Positions 9,101 to 19,685 of a stretch of DNA of 64,000 nucleotides are shown piece after piece. Position 1 is the first letter of the stretch. The number at the start of each line of letters is the position of its first letter. Source of the stretch: Ophelia neglecta (lineage: Eukaryota); NCBI GenBank assembly GCA_965285935.1, contig OZ260667.1:61008001-61072000 (forward strand). The letters run 5' to 3'. Made by a program: the position numbers and the translations under genes. Below the pieces are notes generated by a model. The model searched no databases. It saw only the letters and a program-made list of their open reading frames with translations, and was not told the DNA's origin.

Positions 9101-11474
9101 GTTTACAGCCTGTCTGCCCCCTGTCTGGTCTACCACCACCCCATGTTTACAGCCTGTCTGCCCCCTGTCTGGTTTACCACCACACCATGTTTCCACCAGA
9201 TCAAACACAACGTTACGTCTTCGCACGATTAAACACCAACGCCGTGGTGTCGTGGGTATGCCAATAAAGTCTGATTGTACTTTTGAGTGTTATTCGACGT
9301 TCTTTTATTTTCGTGACTGAGAACCAATCATTAGCTTCCGGCGTCGGCCGGAACCTGCCGGAAACTACCGACGGCAGCACAGCTCTTGGGCTTGGCGGTG
9401 CTTGACATTGAAAGCCTTATGTGGCGTGATTCATTTGTGGCAATCGTCTCTGGGCAGATAAAACTGATTGATGTCGTTTTTATACTCGGCTTATATTGTT
9501 GGAGAATCTAATGTCCGTAGTGTGACTTCTATACACTGGGGTAACCTCAATACACTGGTCGGTACTGTGCGTTCTGTATTTTACAAAGTATTGGGGGCCT
9601 TTTTTCGTGACGCAGGGGATGGGTGGTGGGAGTATCTTGTGCAGGGTGTGGTATGTTTGCGTGTCTCGTCTGAGTGGAAGGAATCTGCGGTTTAGTACAC
9701 TGTCGATCCCTAAAGCCAAGTCTGGGAGAGAGTGGAAGATTCCGAGTGCTCCCCCCCCCCCTCTCCCTTCTATAACCGACATATTGTTGATCGACAGAAA
9801 AAACTATTTCACCAATCGACATGATTAAAAAAAAAGAAAATTAAAAATCTAATTTACGAATTAGTCCAGTATTTCCTTTAATGCGTCAGTTGTACACATG
9901 TGTATTTGCAGGTTTCTCCTGCTTCGGCATCTAGATTTCTAATTTTGTTATATAATCATTCACTATTCATGTACTATATCAGTGGCATCAATAATTTTTC
10001 TTAAGGAGATCCATATAAGACACAGTTAGGAATATTACCCACTTTAATGGCGCCTGTTTCCCGTTCAAACGGGGTTTTTAACCTTTTTCTTCCCTCATCT
10101 TTCTTCCTTCCCGAAAACGTTCACAATTATTTCTCGCCTTCCAGAGATGGACCCCTACCAGCGCGAGGCCCTCACCCTTAACACAGACAGACTGAGGGAC
10201 GAGTTAGAAATGAACAGCGTGCTCCGAGGTCTACTCAGGGAGGGCATCTTCACCAAAACACTCAACTTCGAGGTAACTATATATAAACTGGGTCAGACGT
10301 CACGATGACGCTGTTTAAGGGGTATCTCTACCTGGATGGTCTGCGGAGTCATCCCCAGACCTCTCCTAGGAGGAGACACCCATCACTTACACTCTCTTTG
10401 GTATCCCAGACCCCCGCTAGGAGGAAACACCCATCACTTACACTCTCTTTGGTATCCCAGACCCCCGCTAGGAGGAGAGACCCATCACTTACACTCTCTT
10501 TGGTATCCCAGACCCCCGCTAGGATGAGACACCCATCACTTACACTCTCTTTGGTATCCCAGACCCCCGCTAGGATGAGACACCCATCACTTACACTCTC
10601 TTTGGTATCCCAGACCCCCGCTAGGAGGAGACACCCATCACTTACACTCTCTTTGGTATCCCAGACCCCCGCTAGGTGGAGACACCCATCACATACACTC
10701 TCTTTGGTATCCCAGACCCCCGAGGTATAAACTAGGTCAGCTGACACGATGACCCTCTGTGATGAGTATCTCGTCCCAGAGGAGGGTGTGATGTGTCAGC
10801 CCCCTCCCCAGGTCATACCCTTTCATGGGAGAATCACTTATCACACACGTTTGGAAAGCTTTATTGAAGGTTGAAAATTTGTCCTCACCCACAAGCTCCC
10901 CATCAACGTATGCCCGAATCATTCAATAATATTTCTTTCGGAGCAGATTATTTATGATCGTTTATGACAGAGGGATGGATATTTTCTCGGCAGAAAGCTC
11001 TCTCCAAAAAAGGTCGCCTTGAAATGCCCTTCAACAAAGCCGACATCCATGGCCAGATGCCTAAATCTCCATTGTTTGATTCAACACGTTGTCATATCTG
11101 ACAGCGCGCATTGTTTATATCTTGGAGTATATTGAGTTAAGAGCCATGCCTCCTCTCTCCTGTTGATTTTATTGATTTAAGAACATTGCGTTCTGTCTAA
11201 TATATGTCATCTAGAAACTATCACTTCTAGACAGCAAACCTCCGTTTTAATGAAAACCTGTCCTCGTCACTGTTTAACCATGAAACCATTGCCCTTTCAG
11301 GTTATGAAGCGCCCTCCAGCGGAGCGAGTGGACCGTCTAATAGAGTTGTTGTGTTTCCGCGGACAGAGGGCGTTCCGGTCGCTGTGTAAGGTGCTCAAGG
11401 ACCTCCACCAGGTGGAGCTAGCGTGCGAACTACTTAAAGAGGCCTATAGGAAGGAAGAAGAGATTTTCTGGTAA
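5744..11474 (+). CDS. Spliced gene model (5'-partial): ankyrin-repeat protein with C-terminal CARD; join(5744..6149,6532..8036,10145..10272,11301..11474), 736 aa visible
   Basis: All three internal introns are GT-AG with polypyrimidine acceptors. Phases match at each junction (TG|C=Cys, G|AG=Glu, phase 0). The 2211 in-frame nt end at TAA 11472-11474. The ANK-to-CARD join is predicted, not shown by transcripts. Confidence 0.75.
6532..8036 (+). CDS. Large exon, ~12-13 ankyrin repeats with an ~80-aa Ser/Asp-rich insertion
   Basis: Acceptor tttctttcag ends at 6531; donor G|gtaagt at 8037; motifs such as GRTTLHH, GFSPLMVAV, GRTPLMAAC, LVEAGADP. The ORF-track N-terminus (6398-6531) is intronic. 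Confidence 0.95.
8861..9192. repeat. 44-bp intronic minisatellite (CTGTCTGCCCCCTGTCTGGTCTACCACCACCCCATGTTTACAGC), ~7-8 copies
   Basis: Direct tandem repetition; generates frame-cycling ORFs at 8892-9320. Confidence 0.93.
9263..9312 (+). terminator. Candidate intronic polyadenylation signal (AATAAA plus downstream U/GU-rich tract)
   Basis: AATAAA at 9263-9268 followed by TTTTGAGTGTTATT and TTCTTTTATTTT; motif evidence only. Confidence 0.35.
9320..9400 (+). promoter_or_regulatory. Promoter-like element: CCAAT box plus three ETS-type CCGGAA sites in a CpG-dense patch
   Basis: CCAAT 9324-9328; CTTCCGG 9335-9341; CCGGAA 9348-9353 and 9358-9363; motif evidence only. Confidence 0.4.
10145..10272 (+). 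CDS. CARD exon 1 (E-MDPYQREALTLNTDRLRDELEMNSVLRGLLREGIFTKTLNFE); absent from the ORF track
   Basis: Long polypyrimidine tract ending ccag at 10144; ATG at 10147; donor GAG|gtaact at 10273; matches the CARD helix 1-3 pattern. Confidence 0.85.
10351..10722. repeat. 51-bp intronic minisatellite (ATCCCAGACCCCCGCTAGGAGGAGACACCCATCACTTACACTCTCTTTGGT), ~7 copies
   Basis: Unit starts at 10403 and 10454; explains the 17-aa periodic ORFs on both strands. Confidence 0.95.
11301..11474 (+). CDS. CARD exon 2 / terminal coding exon (VMKRPPAERVDRLIELLCFRGQRAFRSLCKVLKDLHQVELACELLKEAYRKEEEIFW*)
   Basis: Acceptor gccctttcag ends at 11300, phase 0 matching the upstream donor; LLxxRGxxAF...L...LAxxL is the typical CARD helix 4-6 signature. 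Confidence 0.87.
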   Translation, partial: VMKRPPAERVDRLIELLCFRGQRAFRSLCKVLKDLHQVELACELLKEAYRKEEEIFW

Positions 11475-13650
11475 CGGATCTTAAAGAAAACGGGAGGTAT
11501 TCCAGTAACGGAAGTTTCATTAAGATGGCACATCTATTGAAATGATTATACCCCGCGCCTTGCTCTCCTTTGTGAGAGTTATATGTGTTATTGGATAGAC
11601 ACCAAACAATGGTGTGCTGATAATACGACTGTTACAAGGAAAACGCAATGATCCGCTGTATTGAATTTGTGATGACATTACCATTGTACATGGACTAGGT
11701 AATGATGCGGTGGATCCGGCGGGTATTATACAGACAGATGTGTGTAGCTTTCCTCCAAAGATGACTCTGATAGTACAATAAGCTGCTTCTCTAGCCGGTA
11801 TGTGTGCCAACTGACGTGTGCAAAGTGACAGATACTCATTCTTGTTGTGCATTTTGGTATACAACTGGTGTACAAATGCTCATACAACTAGTATACAACT
11901 GCCGTGGTCAATCGAATGAAATAAGCATGCAGGATTTCTGAATTTTATGTGTACCAGATGGAACAAATATATATTTGACCTGCGGAGGTTTGCAAGTTCT
12001 AAACCACCAAATTATTATTGATAAGTAACCACGCCCTGTGTTTTTTTAATATTATTAATTTACAATGTAGGCTATTTCATTATTGATACTTTCTTCACTA
12101 TTTTTTTTCATCTTTTGTGCTGGTTGATATTGAATAACTTCTTGTACAAATTTTTTTTTTCTGCCGCTTAGAAATAAATCAAAACCCTGTCCAGTAGTTT
12201 TGGCGTAAACCAAGATAATGTGAAGGGTACTTAATGTACTTACATTTTAAGTTTGCTAGTAACTTTTAAAGTTTAGTACTAAAGTTACACTAGCAATCTT
12301 GTTACTATGGTAACTACAAGTCGGGAGTGACGCGTTCAGATTACTTCATTTATCTATAACTTATTGTTCGTCTTCTGATGCCACGATGGGTCTGGATTCA
12401 ATACATATATTTGTGAGTGTATTTTGATTCATGTGAATATAGTTTTGATTATCCATGGCATACTTTGTTGTACAGGGAGATAAGCTACATTTTTCTTCGC
12501 TTGTATAAATTGTTTTCTCGACACCAAGTACATGGTTTAAGCATGTATTGTACTTTTTATGTTTAACTAAAACCTTCCATCCATCGAGATGTTAGAACCT
12601 CGATATTGTGTATTGGAGAATTGACGGGGAGCGGTAGATTTGTGCAGTCGAATCTACTGCCCTCTGAATAGAGTGACGTCACACAAATATTTTGAATCCG
12701 GTTATACGATGCAGAGTGAACCGAGCAAGAGTTCCAAAGGCTATGGATATAAATGTAAACAGTGTGAACAAACACTGGACTGGGACACTGGGTTGTGCCA
12801 TCGTTAAACAGGTATTGTAAGTGTAATTTGAACTATGTGTCATAAATTATGTATGGTGTTGATCAGTTCAGATACACAGGGTATCTTAGAAGGCATCTCG
12901 CTAAGGTTGAGACCACACAATTTGGCTTAAAACACCTGGGGCACATTTTTTGAGACACTCTCTACTTACAGAATCATCTGATAGTCTGTAGATAACACAA
13001 ATGTGCCATTTTGTCGCTTTATTTTCCATGTACATCTAAATGATTAGCTGGACTGATTAGAACTGATCATTTGACCTGCATTATTATCAAAACCGAAAGT
13101 GTCTTCAGACAAAACATTTGAACATAGAAACGTAATACGTAATTTTTTTTCTCCTTAATCTTTGCCCTGTATCAGTGTCTAATTACTAACAAGTAGTTAT
13201 TCCGCATCAAATTGTACATGTTTTAAAAAATGCATATAAGATTGATTCAGGGGGAACGGTGACAAGTATACTATGGTTTCTAAGCTGAATCGGTCTTGCT
13301 CTGTAGACTCGTTCTTATTTTTAATATCACAGGTAGAATGGTGTTAAGTTGTCCTATTTTGATATATTCTGGCAGCGATATCCTTGGCGCATGCGCAGCG
13401 TTTGATGTTTACAGTGTTTTGCATTCAGGGTAACCAATGTAATTTGCAATATGTAAGACGCGATTAGTGTGTTAAGCTGAATAGATGTCATTAAGAGGGC
13501 TGTACAGTGTTCTTGGTGCAGTGATTTGACAGTTTTGTATAATAAGAAATTTATGTTTTGTGTTACAAGTCGTGCCTTTTCACCTCCGACAATGAAGACT
13601 TCTACCAGTGATATCTTTCTGAATAAATTACCATATCAAAATAATATCTG
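11475..13650 (+). other. Probable AU-rich 3' UTR with candidate poly(A) signals
   Basis: T/GT-rich, ORF-poor sequence after the stop; AATAAA at 12173-12178 and 13622-13627; true end unknown. Confidence 0.4.
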
Positions 13651-14200
13651 GCCATCTTCTTGTATTCTGTCTTGTTTTGTAACTAGCGAATCAAGCCTGC
13701 AGTATACTCTTTAAAGTTCCCTTTCTTCCTGATGACAATATGAGATGTAATTAGAACTTTAAAGTTTTGGTTGAAGGCAATGCAGTGTTGGGAGCTGTCA
13801 TTCTCGGGATAAGTACTGTGGTATATGGGGGCACGGTCAGGGGAAGGTTCCTAAACGGACCCCCTTCTCCATTGTCCAGCTTATAGCCATTCCTGCCACC
13901 CTCCCCTTAGAGGGTGACAAAACTTTCTTCACCCTCCCTATGGTTTTACACTCCCCCCTCCCTCTAACCCCCCTCGCTCTAAATCTACCCCCTCTCTCCC
14001 TCTAATTTCTCCCCCCCCCCTGACATTAATAATGAACAACCCTAACGTCATTATAAAATACGTCATTAAAGGACGATTATCCAACACAAATCCAATAGCG
14101 TCTCATTCGTCCTGCAAAACAGTTATAAATCGCCAAGGTCAGGCGTGAATCCGTTTCAGCCTAAAGCTCACGTCGGCCTACGCCCGCTAGCGTAACATTT

Positions 14201-14492
14201 ACCTATTTCAGAAATACAGAGGTATAATCGTTTGGCTCTCAATGACATGACCTCTTTCAGACGAAGAGAGGTATAGTCGTTTGGCTCGTCATGACATGAC
14301 CTATTTCAGACAGAGAGGTACAGTAGTTTGGCTCGTCATGACATGACCTATTTCAGACAGAGAGGTACAGTAGTTTGGCTCGCCATGACATGACCTATTT
14401 TAGACAAAGAGAGGTATAGTCGTTTGGCTCGTCCTGTCATGACCTATTTCAGACATAGGGAGATATAATCGTTGTGCTCGCCAAGACTTGAC
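14201..14492. repeat. 47-49-bp minisatellite (ACCTATTTCAGACAGAGAGGTA[C/T]AGT[A/C]GTTTGGCTCGTCATGACATG), 6 copies
   Basis: Units start at about 14201, 14250, 14299, 14346, 14393 and 14442. Confidence 0.9.
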
Positions 14493-15350
14493 GTCATACT
14501 AGGAATTACAATAATAAAGTCACACGTGTAAAGTGAAGAAGGAGTGTTACCCCCAAACTGACCAAGGCGGTGGATAATGACCGCCCTCATACGGCCATTT
14601 ATAAACTTGTTTTGTGTCTTGTTCTCTTCCACATATCAAGTTGGTCCAAGAAATTAAGGCTGTGCATATCCCAAAGGCCTCCGAACTTAGCGTTATTGGC
14701 CAATAATACAATATCTTCTGCTGCACATCAGTTCAGTGACCAGTAGTGAGTAATGACGGCTTGGTCGTGTATTATTCCTGGCATATTTATCAAAGACGAT
14801 TATTTTGACACAATGGGTATAATCGTTTATGGATCATGAAGAGGAGGAATTAACAGTATGCAATATAAATGATTTTATTGCCTCCTATCAAGAAGAGTGT
14901 ACATACATATAATCAATAAGTCAATAGATGGTGAAGTGAACGCCGAACTTAAGAAGCAAACCATAAGCGTGACACAATATGGAATAATCTACTTAAGTCT
15001 AAAAATTATAAATAATATCTACAATTAAGGCTTGGCACTCTGATGCCAAAACAAACCAAAATCGTACTTGGTGCATAACAAGCATCAGTCTCGAACGAGC
15101 TTCGGCCTGTTTATCAGCGCATTGCATTGACAAAAAACGGGACCAACCATTTATGCTTGTCCGCAAAGAGTCACTACTAGATGTGGTCTCTGTCCCAGCC
15201 AAATGCCAAGCACCTCCAGCACGGCTTGTCCATAATCTGGCTGTCTCCGGCCACGTCTCGAAGTAATCTGAAGTAATAACTTGTCTCCGATGCATATAAA
15301 GAACAGACTATGGCACCTAAAAAGTCTGTTTCACCTGTTCTCCTCACCAG

Positions 15351-15587
15351 GGCCCGGTTTCTACGAGGGGTATTAACTCTTAACTCGGATTTAAACAAGG
15401 ATTAAAGTGCTTAATCGGCGTTAACTTGCTAATCGGGGTTTCTGGAAGCTGGATTATGTATTAATCCTAGCCACTTTGGTCTTAAACTTAATCCTGGTCA
15501 ATGGAAACACTGATAAACTCAATCTCAGATAATCGGTAATAAGCTAATCTAATCCCTAATGTTAATATCGCTTCTAGACACCGGACC
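15351..15587. mobile_element. MITE, probably PIF/Harbinger-type (3-bp CWG target duplication)
   Basis: TIRs GGCCCGGTTTCTACGAG / CTTCTAGACACCGGACC; CAG on both flanks (15348-15350, 15588-15590); related copy at 41480-41668. Confidence 0.75.
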
Positions 15588-15589
15588 CA

Positions 15590-16078
15590 GTGACTTGGGT
15601 TGTTGACAGAGCTGGCGGGCCCACGGTGTGCTGTGACTTGGGTTGTTGAGCTGGCGGGCCCACGGTGTGCTGTGACTTGGGTTGTTGAGCTGGCGGGCCC
15701 ACGGTGTGCTGTGACTTGGGGTGTTGACAGTACTGGCGGGCCCACGGTGTGCTGTGACTTGGGTTGTTGAGCTGGCGGGCCCACGGTGTGCTGTGACTTG
15801 GGTTGTTGAGCTGGCGGGCCCACGGTGTGCTGTGACTTGGGTTGTTGAGCTGGCGGGCCCACGGTGTGCTGTGACTTGGGGTGTTGACAGTGCTGGCGGG
15901 CCCACGGTGTGCTGTGACTTGGGTTGTTGAGCTGGCGGGCCCACGGTGTGCTGTGACTTGGGGTGTTGACAGTGCTGGCGGGCCCACGGTGTGCTGTGAC
16001 TTGGGTTGTTGAGCTGGCGGGCCCACGGTGTGCTGTGACTTGGGGTGTTGACAGTGCTGGCGGGCCCACGGTGTGCTG
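15590..16078. repeat. GC-rich minisatellite with interleaved 39-bp and 43-bp variants (GTGACTTGGG[T/G]TGTTGA[CAGT]GCTGGCGGGCCCACGGTGTGCT), ~12 copies
   Basis: Direct tandem repetition; all three minus frames are open, as is typical of a repeat artefact. Confidence 0.95.
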
Positions 16079-16401
16079 TTAGATATGGGGAGACTGGCAT
16101 GGCACTCTGCACGTTTTACCAATAAGTTGCCCCACAGTAAATAAAACCCCCTGTACCGTCCATTTCGATATCAGTTGAATTGTCCACGTTTCTTTTTCTA
16201 GCACTACTTACAGTTTAATGACTGAAACCCAATCATTGGCTATGACGCATGCGAGCTTAAAAGCTTATTATCTGAAATCGACTGAACGAACAATGTATTC
16301 ATTCTAATAAAAGAATGTTGAGTGTTTTCACCGGGAGGTACTATTAACAAACACTCAAATGGGGTTGACGCGTGAATACCGCATTATCGATTATAGTTGG
16401 A

Positions 16402-16643
16402 CAGGGGAGGATCCATGGGGTAGGAGCATGGGGCCTGCCCCACCCCCCTACCCCCTACCAATTCATTTTTTTAACTTTTTTAACAAGCCCACCTAGTCTG
16501 GGAGGGACACCCCCAACAGGCGCCCAAAACATAGGCAACTCGACGTATGTATGTAACTTTTGTGGCCACCCCCCTCCCCCCCGTTTTCAATTCCTCCACA
16601 TGGAGTGCCCCCCCCCCCCTGGAAATTCCTGGATCCGCCCCTG
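16402..16643. mobile_element. MITE with CAGGGG(C/A)GGATCCA terminal inverted repeats
   Basis: Left CAGGGGAGGATCCA; right TGGATCCGCCCCTG; subterminal C/G runs as in the 3500-3671 element; target duplication not clean. Confidence 0.65.
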
Positions 16644-17230
16644 TAGGAAGCACCTGATTGGAGAAAGTAACGTACATGTATCGAATACCAGGCAGACAAA
16701 ACGAAGCCAGTTATATCGTCCATAGGCAACTGAAACATACAGCTACAGACCTACTGGCAGGAACCAAATGTAAAGAAATTGTCATGTTTTCTATTTATAG
16801 TTTATATATAAATATATTTGGCAATCCTGAATAAAGATATCTATTTATTATTGCTTTAACTATCACAAGTACACCACTGATATCATATTATTTACTATTA
16901 TAAATGCCTTTACAAGCTTATTTACATTTAGGTAACTCAATATCTGTGCAGCTGACGGAATTTTGGGCTGAATTGATGGAAAAAAAGTACGCGGTGTCAC
17001 ACACAGAGGAATCCGGTACCAAATACTGGTATAGTTCGTCCCCGGGGTTTTATTACTCTAGGCTTTTGAGTCCGGGGGACAAAGCAGCCGAAGGACCAGA
17101 TAGACTTATACACCTTCAGCAGTCTAAGCTAAATCGTTAATAATGAAAATCCCATTAAATCGGCCCGTAGTCATCAGGAAACATTAGTGTTAACCTACTG
17201 GTCTTAACACGTTATTACCACCAAAACACC

Positions 17231-17560
17231 ACCAAAGCGTGGCCGAGTGGTTAGGGCGTCCGCCTCGCAAGTGGGAGATCGGGGTTCGAACCTAGATCGC
17301 GTCAAACATAAGACGTAAAAATAGGTACTGATAGCTCCCCTGCCAGGCGCCCGGTATATCGGGGGTAGTATCAGGTCTGGTCAACCCGGTGTCAGTATAA
17401 TGAGACTGCGTGGGGTTCCCTGTCTGGTGTCTATGGCAGGTACTCCAGTGAGGCAGCACTATAAAGAGGGCATTGAGCCCACTGTCACAAGTAGGCACTG
17501 TGGCGATATGACCGATCCGTGTCGAAAGCCACGTAAAACCCCAAACAACAACAACAAGAA
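17231..17560 (+). mobile_element. tRNA-derived SINE, central region resembling the Meta domain, (CAA)n tail
   Basis: A box TGGCCGAGTGG 17240-17250; B box GGTTCGAACC 17283-17292; central AAAAATAGGTACT...CCCGGTGTCAGTATAATG; 3' GTCGAAAGCCACGTAAAACCCC plus (AAC)n. Family assignment is from memory of the consensus. Confidence 0.85.
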
Positions 17561-19222
17561 CTAAGCCCGTTATTAGCAAAAGAAAGCAGTATCAACAACA
17601 ATGTCTAATGTATACACGAAGTCATCAGGAAACATTACTGTAAACCTACTGCTCTTTACCCGTTATTACCATAACAAAGCTGTATCAACAAAAACAAATA
17701 TCATATATGTTTAATGTATACACAATTCTCTTCCTATCTGAAAAATATAGACAGTTTCTTGCAATTCACTACCCTTCGCAGCAGAGGCCAATGCTTATCG
17801 CATAGCTTCTCCGCATCACCTACAGGCGAAGAGAACGGAGCTGTGTACTCTGCTACGAAGGGAAGCAATTCACATGTTCATCTCCAAATGTTATTTTCTG
17901 TGAGCTATTTTCTCATCCTGCAGACGACGAGCTGAAAACGCATGAAAACTTTCAAGCCTGCCTTTGAGAACACAAACCCTGTTATAGAGCTAATTGATTC
18001 TGATAGCCATTGTAAGTATAATAGACGTATCCCCGACAGTCTGTAGCGGACTGATTACCAGAAGAGAGGTAATTGGTTGGACTGGGAAGAGGTAAATGTC
18101 GGATGACGTTGGTGTGTTCCTATTAATAAAAGCGGGATCTGATTTCTTGGACAATAATAGTATGAGGAGAACTTGATTATTATTAGAACAGGTCTAGTTG
18201 TCTAGTTGCTGATGTCGTTGTACTCCTTAAGATATTTTAGATATGTGGAGAAGCCTATGGTCTGAGCACCGGAGCATTTAGGTACATACAATATATATGG
18301 GGGTGTTTTAATTTGGAAGATACAGGGATGTGCTGTATAAGATTAATCCCGAATTTCATCTGTCTTATAGTTAGTAAACTTGGGTCATTTCGGGTTACAA
18401 TTATTCCTGTTACAATTATTCGTTCCTAGATCATTTTCCCGGGTTATTGGTATTTCTGTTACAGGATGGGCATCATTTCAACCTTGTTCACCCTGCAATA
18501 GAAATGCCATGTTTCATCTCAATTAAAGTAATATCAATGCTATTGGGTTATTACTATTCACCATGTTCTGTTCGTTTCCAATGCCTGTTTACTTGTCTTA
18601 ATATAGTATAGTGTTCTAACGATAAAATCTGTTCGTGGAGATGGTTTCAGCCGCCTCACCATTAAATCCGCCTTATCTACAGGCAATTTTCTGTTTTGTG
18701 TCTTTTCATTGAATCATGCGTCAGAGAAGACCCATTCCATAAGACTTGTTTAGGTTTGGCTTTGGTTAGCCTGATAGCTTTCTAAGTAATGAAAAACATT
18801 TGTCTCTCACCGCGCTCTTTCATGAGCCATTTGCCGAATCTGCCAGTATACCCATAACATGTATATAACAACGTGGGTTAGAAGAGACAATGGAAGTCAG
18901 CTTAAGGAGTATCATCGATGTATTTTTCTGATTTGATACATAATAGAGTTCGCCCTAATGCGTTGTATGACCTGAAAACAGCATGAACAAATATCTTCCA
19001 TCGTACTCGATAGTTAAACTGGTAAATGTAAGTATAAGTACATATATAGTCAGAGATTTGTCATACAATAATTGTTACTTATGCATTTCTATATATGTTT
19101 ACTAATAACGCCGTAAAAAGATGTAATATCCGGAGCAGGCCATAACTTAAAACCTTTAGTAAATAACGAGCTCACAAAACAAAATCGTTAATTAAGAACA
19201 GTCCAAGAAAACTTGGGTGAAA

Positions 19223-19685
19223 TTCATCAGGAGCCGGCAACCCAAGAAAACACACAAACATCTATATCACACTGTCAGGCAAAGCAATAATCTTTACGAG
19301 CCGGTATAAGTGACGTGTTGTGGGGACATAGTCCCGGGGGTAGACCATTCATAAGAGGACCTAGTCCATTGGAGGCTTCCCTATAACATATTTCATCTTC
19401 GCTCTACGCCGTCCTCTGATTCGTTCTGTTCCCTATGTTGGGTAATTAACGGGAGCTTCATCAGGAACCATCAACCGAAGCCACACAACATCTATACCAC
19501 ACTCCCAAGCACAGCAATGATCTTTACGAGCCGGTATAAGTGACGTGTGGTGGGGACATAGTACCGGGGGTAGGCCAATCATTAGAGGACCTAGTCCATT
19601 GTAGGCTTACCTATAACATATTTCATCTTCGCTCTACGTCGTCCTCTGATTCGTTCTGCATTCTATATGTTGGCTAATTTACGGG
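19223..19685. repeat. Tandem duplication of ~230 bp (two diverged copies)
   Basis: TCTTTACGAGCCGGTATAAGTGACGTG at 19291 and 19521; CCTATAACATATTTCATCTTCGCTCTACG in both copies. Confidence 0.92.

Noticed and set aside
10305-10747. Repetitive proteins from minisatellite ORFs (also 4968-5451, 8892-9320, 15488-16122, 40856-41219)
   Set aside because: Open in several frames and both strands because of the repeat unit; no splice or domain support.
17231-17310. Functional tRNA gene
   Set aside because: A and B boxes are present but there is no proper acceptor stem, and the sequence continues into a SINE body and tail.
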